64,000 nt of DNA, from IMG/VR virus record IMGVR_UViG_3300043960_000133, positions 1-64,000 of that record; one strand, given 5' to 3'. A model generated the notes under the pieces. The model was given only the letters and a program-made list of their open reading frames with translations, ran no database searches and was not told where the DNA came from. Positions within the stretch are counted from its first letter, which is position 1, and every line of letters starts with the position of its first letter. The stretch comes from a virus. Lineage: Duplodnaviria > Caudoviricetes. Positions 54,839 to 64,000 of the stretch are shown piece after piece. A program made the position numbers and the translations under genes.

Positions 54839-55203
54839 TGTTCTCCCTCCTTCTGACGGATGTAATCATCACGTTCTGCCTTAGCACGGGTGATTTCCCG
54901 TTTTGGTGTTTTCTGTGATTTTTTTCGGAAATGATGGAGCAGTACATACTGGCTCTCATCATAGTAGAAATAAAAGACCCGGTTATTTCCTGGACGCAGT
55001 TCCCATATATCTTCTTCTAGGTGTTTTGTGATGTTGACTGGCAGATTGGTACCGTTTTTAGCGAGCAGGTCGATGTAGAAAAGAATCTGGTTGTACTGGA
55101 TACGGGCATCTTTACTGGTTTTGCTTTTCACCCGCAAGGTTTCCAAAAAATCCCAGACTTCTGATTCACCACGCTGGTTCTCATAAAATTCAATCTTGTA
55201 CAT
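54835..55203 (-). CDS. higB: RelE/HigB-like toxin (Gp49-like)
   Basis: IEFYE..GESEVWDFL, KHLEEDIWELRP..NRVFYF, LLHHFRKKSQKTPKREI. Confidence 0.8.
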   Translation of the reverse strand: MYKIEFYENQRGESEVWDFLETLRVKSKTSKDARIQYNQILFYIDLLAKNGTNLPVNITKHLEEDIWELRPGNNRVFYFYYDESQYVLLHHFRKKSQKTPKREITRAKAERDDYIRQKEGEQ

Positions 55204-55315
55204 CCTAATCTCCTTTGTGTTCCTATTTAAATGATAGCATAGATGCTATCAAAAGGCAAGAGAGGCAAAGACGCATTGATTCATCATACTTTTGATTTTA
55301 TTTCAGGAGGTTTCT

Positions 55316-56086
55316 ATGCATATTCCATTCTTATCCCAATTCTTCAAATCAAGGGACAAGCCTCAGAACTATTACATCGGTACAGACTTCCGTTACCTGT
55401 TCGGCCCGTCTACGAGCGGCAAGACGGTGAACGAGTTCACGGCTATGCAGACTACAGCTGTATATGCCTGCGTCCGCATCCTGGCGGAAACTTTGGCCGC
55501 CCTGCCGCTTCAGATGTACCGTTACACGCCGGGCGGCAAGGAACGGGTCTACGACCACCCGCTGTACCATTTGCTCCATGACGAGCCGAACCCGGAGATG
55601 ACATCATTCATCTTCCGGGAAACGCTCATGAGCCACCTGCTCATCTGGGGCAATGCCTACGCGCAGATTATCCGCGACCGTCTGGGTCGGGTACAGGGAC
55701 TCTATCCCTTGCGGCCGGACAAGATGAGTGTGTGCCGGGATGACCGGGGCCGGATTTTTTATCTGTACACCAAGACCAGCGATGAGAATCCGAACATCAA
55801 ACCGTATGGGCAGGTGGCTCTGCCCAAGGAAGAAGTATTGCATATTCCCGGTCTTGGTTTTGATGGCCTGGTCGGGTATTCTCCTATCGCCATGGCCCGC
55901 AATGCCGTGGGTATGACCATGGCCTGCGAGGAATATGGTGCGTCATTCTTTGCCAACGGGGCCAGTCCCAGCGGGGTACTGGAACACCCCGGCGTCCTGA
56001 AAGACCCGGCTAAGGTACGGGATTCGTGGAATGCCGTTTATCGTGGCAGTGGCAATGCCCATAAGGTGGCCGTACTTGAGGAAGGC
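55316..56086 (+). CDS. Portal protein (outer), exon 1
   Basis: SD CAGGAGG; AVYACVRILAE, PNPEMTSF, WGNAYA; ends VAVLEEG at intron. Confidence 0.92.
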
Positions 56087-58546
56087 GTGCGCCCAGATGG
56101 GCGTCATTGATAGTAGTGTTTGGTACTACCACCCACAATCATGGGTGAGTTGACCTGTCTTACCGCAAAGTGAAAGCTGATACGGGAACATAGCACGACA
56201 GGGAAGCGGTAAGTTACTCAAAGGCTAAAGGGTACGACTGAACCGCCACAACAATCGGATATGAGGTTTAAGGTATCTACTGAACGTGAGACTTGAGTGT
56301 CCATTTCCGAGGGGAATTGGGAAATTAGCCTGTTACCCATTCCGTGACTGACTGTCTTTACATCCTTCAAAGGCGGCATGATTGCGAATGTCACGGCACG
56401 AGCAGGAGAACCTGTGTTAAAGAGTCTAAAGCGGAACCGATAATTCGAGCATACCAAGCAATGACGCTAACTGGGGATACCCTAAAGGCGGATGCCGAAA
56501 GGCTATAGTCTATAGGACTTGAATACCGCCCATGGGTACGGAGCGTTCGTAGTAGTCCGAGAGAGTTAATAGCTCTTACATGGCGAAGGAACGCAGCTTA
56601 TGCAACTCTAAAAGGAAAGGTGAAAGGGAGGAGAAACCTCAATGAAACCAACATCTGAAATTTTAGAACGAATGTACAGAAATTCTGAAGAGCATTCAGA
56701 CGGTATCTACACGCGGCTCTATAGGTATCTTTTGCGAGAGGATATTTACATGACCGCATACAAGAACCTTTACGCAAACAAGGGCGCAGGAACTGAGGGT
56801 GTGGACAATGATACGGCTGACGGTTTTGGAAAGGAATATGTGAATCAGATTATTGATGAACTGAAAAACCAAACCTATGAGCCAAAAGCGGTAAAACGTG
56901 TCTACATTCCTAAGCGCAACGGAAAAATGCGTCCATTAGGTATTCCGTCATTCAGAGACAAACTGATACAGGATGCGATACGGCAGATACTTGAAGTAAT
57001 CTATGAGCCTGTTTTCAGTACTCATTCGCACGGATTCAGACCGAATAGAAGCTGTCACTCAGCGCTGAAAGAAATCAGCCGTTCTTTCCGCAGTACGAAA
57101 TGGTTTGTCGAGGGAGACATTAAGGGATGCTTTGACAACATTGACCACACGGTTCTGCTGAATCTGCTTTCTGAGAAGATTAAGGACAGCAAGTTCATAA
57201 ATCTGATAGGAAAGTTTCTGAAAGCGGGCTACATGGAAAATTGGGAGTACCACAAGACATACAGCGGAACTCCGCAGGGCGGCATTCTTTCCCCGATTCT
57301 TGCAAATATATATCTGCATGAGTTGGACAAGAAAGTAGAAGCCATGCAGAAAGAATTTAATGCGCCTGCTGATTATGCCTATACACCTGCATACGGCAAA
57401 AAGGTGAGAGGAATTGTCAAATTGCAAAAGCGTTACGGCGAATGCGTTGATGAAGCGGAAAAGAAAGAACTGTTAAAACAGATTCATAAGCTTGAAGTGG
57501 AAAAGCGCAGATTGCCATACAAGGACGCTTCCGACAAGAAAATCGCCTATGTACGCTATGCTGATGATTTTATTATCGGTGTCAGCGGAAGCCGTGAGGA
57601 TGCGGAGCGTATAAAGCAGGAGCTTACGTTGTTTGTGGCAACAAGATTAAAACTGGAATTGTCTGACGAGAAAACAAAAATCACGCACAGTTCCGGCAAT
57701 GCTCATTTTCTCGGATATGACATCAACGTGCGCAGATGTCAGGAATCCAAAAGGAAAACCAATGGGGTTTTACAGCGGACGCTTAATAACTCTGTGGAAT
57801 TGCTTATTCCCATGGAGCGGATTGAGAAGTTCATGTACGACCGTGAGATTGTCATTCAAGGTAAGGACGGCAAACTCATCCCATGGCAAAGAAACTCAAT
57901 GGCGGGTCTTACTGACCTTGAAATTGTAGATACCTATAACTCGCAGACTCGTGGAATCTGTAATTATTACTGCCTAGCCAGTAATTTCTCAAAGCTGACG
58001 TATTTCGTTTATCTGATGGAATACAGCTGTCTGAAAACACTTGCTAAGAAGCATAAAACCAGAATATCAGGCATAAAGAGGATATTCAAGTGCGGAAAGT
58101 CGTGGGGCATTCCTTATAAAACGAAGAAAGAGAAAAAGCGCATGATGATTGTGAAATTCTCGGACTTCAAACGAGGAACTGTCTTTGACGAACCAAGCAT
58201 TGATACGGTGAAGAACCATATCCATTTCAACACAAGAAATTCTCTTGAAGCCAGGTTGAAGGCTTGTAAATGTGAATTATGCGGTGCGGAAGGTGATGGC
58301 ATTGCTTTTGAAATTCATCACATCAACAAGATGAAAAACCTCAAAGGTAAGGAGCAATGGGAAATGGCGATGATTGCAAGAAAGCGGAAAACACTTGTTG
58401 TTTGTAAAGAATGCCATAAGAAAATCCATCATTCGTCATAGTGTAAATGGAAAGCCGTGTACATCGAGAGGTGTAAGCACGGTTTGGGGAGAGGCTTGTG
58501 CAAACCGACATTGGAAACAATGCACGGCGGCACTTGCCTACTCTAC
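56087..58546 (+). mobile_element. Group II intron (Ll.LtrB-like, IIA), 2460 nt, phase 0
   Basis: 5' GTGCG; domain V GAAAGCCGTG...CACGGTTT near 58450-58485; 3' end CCTACTCTAC; removal joins LEEG to MKYQQIG. Confidence 0.93.
56642..58441 (+). CDS. ltrA: Intron-encoded RT/maturase with C-terminal HNH endonuclease
   Basis: RPLGIP, GTPQGGILSP, YVRYADD, X domain, CELC...HH...VCKECH. Confidence 0.95.
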   Translation: MKPTSEILERMYRNSEEHSDGIYTRLYRYLLREDIYMTAYKNLYANKGAGTEGVDNDTADGFGKEYVNQIIDELKNQTYEPKAVKRVYIPKRNGKMRPLGIPSFRDKLIQDAIRQILEVIYEPVFSTHSHGFRPNRSCHSALKEISRSFRSTKWFVEGDIKGCFDNIDHTVLLNLLSEKIKDSKFINLIGKFLKAGYMENWEYHKTYSGTPQGGILSPILANIYLHELDKKVEAMQKEFNAPADYAYTPAYGKKVRGIVKLQKRYGECVDEAEKKELLKQIHKLEVEKRRLPYKDASDKKIAYVRYADDFIIGVSGSREDAERIKQELTLFVATRLKLELSDEKTKITHSSGNAHFLGYDINVRRCQESKRKTNGVLQRTLNNSVELLIPMERIEKFMYDREIVIQGKDGKLIPWQRNSMAGLTDLEIVDTYNSQTRGICNYYCLASNFSKLTYFVYLMEYSCLKTLAKKHKTRISGIKRIFKCGKSWGIPYKTKKEKKRMMIVKFSDFKRGTVFDEPSIDTVKNHIHFNTRNSLEARLKACKCELCGAEGDGIAFEIHHINKMKNLKGKEQWEMAMIARKRKTLVVCKECHKKIHHSS

Positions 58547-59032
58547 ATGAAATACCAGCAGATCGGCATCCCGCCGGAAGAGGCACAGTTCCTGGAAACA
58601 CGGAAGTTCCAGCTGGATGAGATTGCCAGACTGTACCGCATCCCGCCGCACATGATTGGCGATTTGGAGAAAAGCTCCTTCAATAATATCGAACAGCAGT
58701 CCATGGAATTCGTGAAATACACGCTGGATCCCTGGGTCATCCGCTGGGAGCAGGCTATGCAGAAAGCCTTGTTCTTGCCGGAAGAGAAGAAGCAGTATTT
58801 CCTGAAATTCAATGTGAACGGCCTCATGCGCGGCGACTACGAGAGCCGTATGACCGGCTATAGCATCGGCCGGCAGAACGGCTGGCTGTCCGCCAATGAT
58901 ATCCGGGAGATGGAAGACATGAATCCCGTGCCCGATGAGGAAGGCGGCAACCTGTACCTGGTGAACGGCAGCATGACCAAACTCAGGGACGCCGGGGCTT
59001 TTGCACAGAAGGGAGAAACGAATGAAACATAA
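58547..59032 (+). CDS. Portal protein (outer), exon 2
   Basis: MKYQQIGIPPEEAQFLETRKF..EIARLYRIPPHMIG...SANDIREMED; spliced product 418 aa. Confidence 0.92.
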   Translation: MKYQQIGIPPEEAQFLETRKFQLDEIARLYRIPPHMIGDLEKSSFNNIEQQSMEFVKYTLDPWVIRWEQAMQKALFLPEEKKQYFLKFNVNGLMRGDYESRMTGYSIGRQNGWLSANDIREMEDMNPVPDEEGGNLYLVNGSMTKLRDAGAFAQKGETNET

Positions 59033-59726
59033 ATTTTGGAAGTGGGTGACCAATGTTGCCCCTGATGCCTTTGCCAGCGGACGGACGCTGTACCTGGACG
59101 GCCAGATTTCGGACGAGACCTGGTGGGGCGATGAAGTGACGCCGAAGGCTTTCAAGGATGAACTGAATGCGGGCAGCGGCGACATCACTCTCTGGATCAA
59201 CAGCCCGGGCGGTGACTGTTTTGCCGCCGCTCAGATTTACAACATGCTCATGGATTATCCGGGGAACGTCACCGTCAAGATTGATGGTCTGGCGGCTTCT
59301 GCGGCTTCCGTCATCGCCATGGCCGGAACGAAGGTCTGCATGTCGCCAGTGGCCATCCTGATGATTCACAATCCGGCAACCCTGGCTTACGGAGACAAAG
59401 CCGAAATGGAAAAGACCATCGGCATGCTGAGCGAGGTCAAGGAGAGCATCATCAATGCCTATGAAATCAAGAGCGGCCTGGCCCGCACAAAGATTTCGCA
59501 CATGATGGATGATGAAACATGGCTCAATGCCCGCAAGGCCGTGGAGCTGGGCTTTGCGGATGAAATCCTTTTTGACCAGAAAGAAGGAGAGGAACAGCCA
59601 GAAGCCATGCTGTACAGCCCGGTTACGGTGACGAATTCCTTTGTACAGAAAATAAAACCGAAGAAACCTTTACAGAAAGTGCCAGCCGCTGATCTGGAAA
59701 AACGGCTGGCACTGCTCATTCATTGA
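59022..59726 (+). CDS. ClpP-type head maturation protease (outer)
   Basis: INSPGGD, AASAASVIAMAG, MIHNP, ETWLNA..AVELGFAD. Confidence 0.92.
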   Translation: MKHKFWKWVTNVAPDAFASGRTLYLDGQISDETWWGDEVTPKAFKDELNAGSGDITLWINSPGGDCFAAAQIYNMLMDYPGNVTVKIDGLAASAASVIAMAGTKVCMSPVAILMIHNPATLAYGDKAEMEKTIGMLSEVKESIINAYEIKSGLARTKISHMMDDETWLNARKAVELGFADEILFDQKEGEEQPEAMLYSPVTVTNSFVQKIKPKKPLQKVPAADLEKRLALLIH

Positions 59727-59742
59727 CAGGAGGACAAATACT

Positions 59743-60933
59743 ATGGATACGATTTTAGCACTGCGTGAGAAGCGCAAGAATCTCTGGGATGCGGCGAAAG
59801 CCTTCCTGGATACGGCCCGTGATGAGAACGGCATGATTTCCGCTGAAGATGCCGTCCGTTATGACAAGATGGAAGCGGATGTAGTGAACCTGGGAAAAGA
59901 AATCGACCGTCTGGAACGTCAGCAGCGTATGGATGCCGAAATGGCAAAGCCCACGAGTGTTCCCATTACCGAGCAGCCGGGAAATCCAACATCTGAAAAT
60001 GAAAAGAAAGGCCGTGCATCCATGGCCTACCAGAAAGCTTTCTGGGACAGCATCCGCCATAAGAACTTCATCGATGTACAGAATGCCCTGAGTGTGGGTA
60101 CGGATGCCGATGGCGGTTATCTGGTGCCGGATGAATTCGAGCATCAGCTCATCGACAAGCTTCAGGAAGAAAATTTCTTCCGCAGCCTGGCGACAGTCAT
60201 CCATACCAGCGGCGACCGCAAGATTCCAGTCGTGACGGGGCATGGCGAAGCCGCCTGGATGGAAGAAAACGGCCTCTATCCGGACAGCCAGGATACCTTT
60301 GGTCAGCAGTCCATCGGGGCGTACAAGCTGGGCACGGCCATTCGTGTGTCGGAAGAACTCCTGAACGACAGCGTCTTCGACCTGGAAAGCTATATCGCCG
60401 GCGAATTCGCCCGCCGTATCGGCACCAAGGAAGAAGAAGCCTTCCTCACGGGCGATGGAAAAAGCAAGCCGACTGGCGTATTCCCGTCCGCCGACCCTGG
60501 CGTTACGACGAATGGGGCTTCCATCACCTTCGATGACGTCATCGACCTGTATCATTCCCTGCGCATCCCGTACCGCCGCAAGGCCGTATGGCTCCTGAAT
60601 GATTCCACCATCAAGGCCCTGCGCAAGGTCAAGGACAACAACGGGAACTATATCTGGCAGCCGTCTGTGACGGCCGGCACTCCGGATACTATCCTGAACC
60701 GTCCCTGCTACAGCACATCCTTCGCCCCGGAACTGGCTGCCGGCAATCGTCCTTTGATCTTCGGCGACTTCAGCTATTACTGGATTGCTGACCGGGAATC
60801 TCGCTCCTTTAAGCGCCTCAATGAACTGTATGCTGCCAACGGCCAGATCGGCTTCCTCGCCAGCCAGCGCGTCGATGGTATGCTGATGCTGAAGGAAGCG
60901 GTCAAGGCCCTCGAAGTGAAAGCGAAGGCGTAA
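59743..60933 (+). CDS. Major capsid protein, HK97 family (outer)
   Basis: GTDADGGYLVPDEF, VSEELLNDS, GNYIWQPS, FGDFSYY. Confidence 0.95.
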   Translation: MDTILALREKRKNLWDAAKAFLDTARDENGMISAEDAVRYDKMEADVVNLGKEIDRLERQQRMDAEMAKPTSVPITEQPGNPTSENEKKGRASMAYQKAFWDSIRHKNFIDVQNALSVGTDADGGYLVPDEFEHQLIDKLQEENFFRSLATVIHTSGDRKIPVVTGHGEAAWMEENGLYPDSQDTFGQQSIGAYKLGTAIRVSEELLNDSVFDLESYIAGEFARRIGTKEEEAFLTGDGKSKPTGVFPSADPGVTTNGASITFDDVIDLYHSLRIPYRRKAVWLLNDSTIKALRKVKDNNGNYIWQPSVTAGTPDTILNRPCYSTSFAPELAAGNRPLIFGDFSYYWIADRESRSFKRLNELYAANGQIGFLASQRVDGMLMLKEAVKALEVKAKA

Positions 60934-60936
60934 GCC

Positions 60937-61218
60937 ATGCTGGTCAGTCTGGAAGAAGCCAGGGAATATCTGCGGATTGATGAGGATGACACATCGAATG
61001 ATGACGTCATCCTGTCATCCCTGGAAACGGCCCAGGCGCTGTGCCTGGACCTGGCCCAATGCGAGGAAGCAAATGCCGAAGAGAATCCCGTCGTGTTCCA
61101 TGAGGCCATTCTCTATGCTGCCGCCTTTTTATATGAGCATCGGGAAGAAGCGGATTATTCCGGTCTTCTGAAGATGTTGCGGTGGCTGCTGTTCGGTGTG
61201 CGGCGGAGCTGTTTTTGA
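60937..61218 (+). CDS. Head-tail connector (outer)
   Basis: VSLEEAREYLRID, AILYAAAFLYEHRE. Confidence 0.87.
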   Translation: MLVSLEEAREYLRIDEDDTSNDDVILSSLETAQALCLDLAQCEEANAEENPVVFHEAILYAAAFLYEHREEADYSGLLKMLRWLLFGVRRSCF

Positions 61219-61231
61219 AAGGGGGATGCCC

Positions 61232-61567
61232 ATGAAGACCGGGCTTTTGAATAAACGGATTGAGATCCTGGGGAAGCAGGCGGCAACGGATGGATACGGC
61301 TTCGACACCCAGACCGACGTCGTGGTGTACCGCTGCTGGGCTTCCATCGAGCCGGCCCGCGGCAAAGTGTTCTATGAGATGGAACGCAAGGCAGATACGG
61401 AGTATAGCAAAATCACCATCCGCTGGCGGCCGGGCATTACCCATGATATGAAAGTGAAGTATCAGGATCATCTGTACGACATCGACACTATCGTGGATTC
61501 GTACATGCGCCACGAATCCCTGGAACTGTACTGTACGGAAGAAATCAGGGGGCAGGACAATGAGTAA
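61232..61567 (+). CDS. Head-tail adaptor (outer)
   Basis: GLLNKRIEI, WASIEP, KITIRWRPGI..DMKVKY..LYDI. Confidence 0.85.
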   Translation: MKTGLLNKRIEILGKQAATDGYGFDTQTDVVVYRCWASIEPARGKVFYEMERKADTEYSKITIRWRPGITHDMKVKYQDHLYDIDTIVDSYMRHESLELYCTEEIRGQDNE

Positions 61568-61979
61568 CGGAGATTTGGAACTTCACGGCCTTGACGAATT
61601 GTCGGGAAAGCTGCTTTCTGCCATTGAAGAGTTTCCCGGCACTGCTGAAAAGGGCCTGGTGACGATTGGAAACAAGCTCAGGAAGGAATGCGTGAACCAG
61701 ACTCCGGAAGGCAGTACGGGCAAGCTGAAGAAGGGATGGAAACACAAGGTAAAAGGCTATAACGGCTCGGAGCTGACCTACGAGCTGGTCAACAAGCACC
61801 CCGTCCATCACCTGCTGAACAACGGGCATGTCAAGAAAACGCCCGGCGGTCGGACGGTTGGCTATTACGAAGGCCAGCATTACACGGAAAAAGCTGTGAA
61901 GCTGTTTGAATCGCAGGACTTGCAGCCCGGCCTTGAAAAACTCACGAAGAAACTCATCAAGAAAGCAGGCGGCACATGA
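61560..61979 (+). CDS. HK97 gp10-like neck protein (outer)
   Basis: TGKLKKGW, HPVHHLLNNGH. Confidence 0.8.
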   Translation: MSNGDLELHGLDELSGKLLSAIEEFPGTAEKGLVTIGNKLRKECVNQTPEGSTGKLKKGWKHKVKGYNGSELTYELVNKHPVHHLLNNGHVKKTPGGRTVGYYEGQHYTEKAVKLFESQDLQPGLEKLTKKLIKKAGGT

Positions 61980-62440
61980 TCCATGATATCGACATCCTGC
62001 AGGCCGTACAGGAGAAGCTGAAGGAGCGGTTCCCGTATCCCGTGTATCTGCAGGAGGTGAAGGAAGGGTTCCGGCCGCCTGCATTTTTCCTGAAGTCCAT
62101 GACGGTCACTTCGCCGCAGGGCGGTCAGGCAGTATACCGGGATACGGATATTTACATCACTTATATACCACAGAAACAGGCAGCCAGCACATCCATATAT
62201 GGCGTACTGGCTGCCGTTGAAGACCTGTTCCGTGACGGGATTGCCGCCCAGGACAGGTTTTTTGCTGTCCTCTCTATGAGTGAAGAACTCATGGGGCCGG
62301 ATAATGACGGCGGACGGGTGACGCTGACCGTCCAGTACTATGATTCCGCCGATGAAACGGAAGCAGCCGAACGGATGAAGGTGCTGCATCAGCGGTATCA
62401 GGGAAAGGAGACAACGAAACATGAAAATGCCATCCATTAA
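61976..62440 (+). CDS. Tail terminator-like protein (outer)
   Basis: PVYLQEVKEGFRPPAFF; position before sheath. Confidence 0.65.
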   Translation: MIHDIDILQAVQEKLKERFPYPVYLQEVKEGFRPPAFFLKSMTVTSPQGGQAVYRDTDIYITYIPQKQAASTSIYGVLAAVEDLFRDGIAAQDRFFAVLSMSEELMGPDNDGGRVTLTVQYYDSADETEAAERMKVLHQRYQGKETTKHENAIH

Positions 62441-63503
62441 TGTCGTGTTCAAGGAAAAAGGCATCAGCGCCATCGAGCGCAGTGAACGCGGCATTGTTCT
62501 GATGATTCTGAAGGAAGAAACACTGCCTTCGGTGACGGAAGTGAACCTGTACACGGCAGATGACATCCCCAAGGAGCTGTCCGACAGCAACCGGGAGCAG
62601 CTGGAACTGGCGCTCCGGGGCTATGTGAACAGTCCGAAGAAAGTTATTGCTGAAATCATCAGCAGTGAAGCCGAAGACTATACAGATATTCTGAAGGTCA
62701 TCGAGAATAAGCGCTTTGATTATCTGGTCATCCCGGATATTGAAACGTCGCACATTGATACCATCGCCACCTGGGTCAAAGGAATGCGTACCAATAAAGA
62801 CAAGATGATTAAAGCCGTGCTGCCGGACTGTACGGCAGATACGGAAGGGGTTATCAACTTCGTCAACAAGACCATTCAGACCAAAGCGAAGACGTACACG
62901 ACACCCCAGTACTGCAGCCGCATTGCCGGCATCATTGCCGGGACGCCCATGACGATTTCCTGCACCTACGCGCCGCTGCCGGAAGTCATCGGCTGCGATG
63001 TGTGGACGAAAGAGGAAATGGACACCATGGCCGGAGCAGGGAAGCTGTTCTTCTTCTTTGACGGCGAAAAGGTGAAACTGGCCCGGGGCATCAACTCCCT
63101 GGTGACCACCGTCCAGGACAAGGGGACGAGCTTCCAGAAAATCAAGCTCGTGGACTTGATGGACATGATGCACGACGACATCCGCACGACGGCCCAGGAC
63201 CATTACCTCGGGAAGTACGCCAACAGCTATGCGAACCGCTGCCTTCTGGTGACGGCCATCCAGGGGTATCTTGACCAGCTGGCCAAGGAGGGGCTGCTGG
63301 AACAGGACCAAAACACAGCCTATATCGATGTGGAATCCACGAAGATATGGCTGGAATCCAACGGCAAATACACCAAGGCGGAACTGGCGGACATGTCCGA
63401 TATGGACATCAAGCTGGCCAATATCGGCAGCAATGTGTTCATCGCCGTCAAGGCATCGCTGCTGGATGCCATGGAAGATGTCACGATTACCATCAATATC
63501 TGA
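62421..63503 (+). CDS. Contractile tail sheath protein (XkdK-like)
   Basis: ERGIVLMIL, RIAGIIAG, RGINSL, FQKIKLVD..D.M.DDI, DAMEDV. Confidence 0.88.
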   Translation: MKMPSINVVFKEKGISAIERSERGIVLMILKEETLPSVTEVNLYTADDIPKELSDSNREQLELALRGYVNSPKKVIAEIISSEAEDYTDILKVIENKRFDYLVIPDIETSHIDTIATWVKGMRTNKDKMIKAVLPDCTADTEGVINFVNKTIQTKAKTYTTPQYCSRIAGIIAGTPMTISCTYAPLPEVIGCDVWTKEEMDTMAGAGKLFFFFDGEKVKLARGINSLVTTVQDKGTSFQKIKLVDLMDMMHDDIRTTAQDHYLGKYANSYANRCLLVTAIQGYLDQLAKEGLLEQDQNTAYIDVESTKIWLESNGKYTKAELADMSDMDIKLANIGSNVFIAVKASLLDAMEDVTITINI

Positions 63504-63517
63504 GGAGGTGAAGCCGG

Positions 63518-63946
63518 ATGAACAGTATGGAAGCCAAACGGGTCATGAACGGCAAGTATGCCGATCTGTATATCGACGGCGACCTCATGGCCGAAGCAAC
63601 GGCATTCAAGGCCGAGGTCACGCTGACCAAGGAAGAAGTGAAGATGCTCCGTCATGTGGGCAAGGGCTACAAGGTCACAGGCTACGACTGCAAAGGCCAG
63701 CTGAAGCTGCACAAGGTATCGAGCTACATGATCCGGAAGATGAACGACAACATCAAGGCGGGCAGGCAGACTGTCGTGACCATCGTCTCCGTCCTGGATG
63801 ACAAGGATGCCATCGGCAGCGAGCGTATCGTCATCAAGGATGCGACCTTTGACAGCCTGATCCTGGCCGACTGGGAAGTGGACAAGATGGGCGAGGAAAG
63901 CTACAGTTTCACCTTCTCGGACTGGGATTTACTGGATTTAGCATAA
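63518..63946 (+). CDS. Tail tube protein (XkdM-like)
   Basis: RVMNGKY, GQLKLHKVSS, LDDKDAIGSERI, EESYSFTF. Confidence 0.88.
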   Translation: MNSMEAKRVMNGKYADLYIDGDLMAEATAFKAEVTLTKEEVKMLRHVGKGYKVTGYDCKGQLKLHKVSSYMIRKMNDNIKAGRQTVVTIVSVLDDKDAIGSERIVIKDATFDSLILADWEVDKMGEESYSFTFSDWDLLDLA

Positions 63947-63959
63947 GGAGAACAAGCAC

Positions 63960-64000
63960 ATGAATATGGTAGACCGGCTGCTGAAAGCCGACGTAGTGAA
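63960..64000 (+). CDS. Start of probable tail assembly chaperone (XkdN-like), truncated by window
   Basis: SD AAGGAG; MNMVDRLLKAD; follows tube gene. Confidence 0.5.
   Translation, partial: MNMVDRLLKADVV

Larger units (their letters stand above)
46620..64000 (+). mobile_element. Outer prophage, right part (packaging, head, contractile tail); continues beyond window end
   Basis: HNH-methylase-TerS-TerL-portal-protease-capsid-neck-sheath-tube order. Confidence 0.9.

Noticed and set aside
55292-56110. Truncated portal pseudogene, and separate ORF 58457-59032
   Set aside because: Both are exons of one gene; the apparent stop and the MYIERC... N-terminus are intron sequence
56642-58441. RT as part of a DGR, retron or defence RT system
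   Set aside because: It has YADD, X and HNH domains and sits within group II intron boundaries and domain V; no template/variable repeat pair seen
1-64000. tRNA, rRNA or tmRNA genes, including as integration target
   Set aside because: No cloverleaf or rRNA-like segment recognised by eye in intergenic regions; att core lies in a phage leader; a tRNAscan/Infernal run would be needed to exclude fully

Overview
The whole 64 kb window is temperate-phage DNA arranged as one prophage inside another. The host is probably a diderm Firmicute (Negativicutes-like); this is an inference. The OUTER prophage runs off both window ends. Its left part (1-8540) encodes SSB, family-A DNA polymerase, Rha, a P4/D5-type primase, VRR-NUC, a SNF2 helicase, a RinA-like activator and a late promoter. 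Its right part (46620-64000) encodes HNH, a ParB-DNA methylase, an amidoligase/GGCT pair, an array of promoter-led mini-genes, terminase, a HigBA-like TA pair, an HK97-type head and a contractile tail (sheath and tube). Its portal gene is split by a complete Ll.LtrB-like group II intron (56087-58546). An apparently complete ~38 kb INNER siphovirus-like prophage (8541-46619) is bounded by a 17/19 direct repeat and 11-bp arm repeats. It has inserted exactly between the outer phage's late promoter and its first late gene. Strongest oddity: the inner phage's DExH helicase carries an intein in Walker B whose homing-endonuclease slot is dual-coded. The intein frame stays open as low-complexity linker, while a Zn-ribbon/DUF559(Vsr-like) endonuclease with its own Shine-Dalgarno is encoded in the +1 frame. 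Other notable points: an L,D-transpeptidase-fold protein in the endolysin slot; two fully overlapping coiled-coil spanin-like genes; a scrambled head/tail gene order with a probable -1 frameshift; a relic tail-fibre C-terminus; and an orphan inner-phage gene carrying the same bipartite promoter motif as the outer phage's rha operon. No CRISPR, rRNA or tRNA was recognised. All family assignments are by eye from motifs, not database searches.
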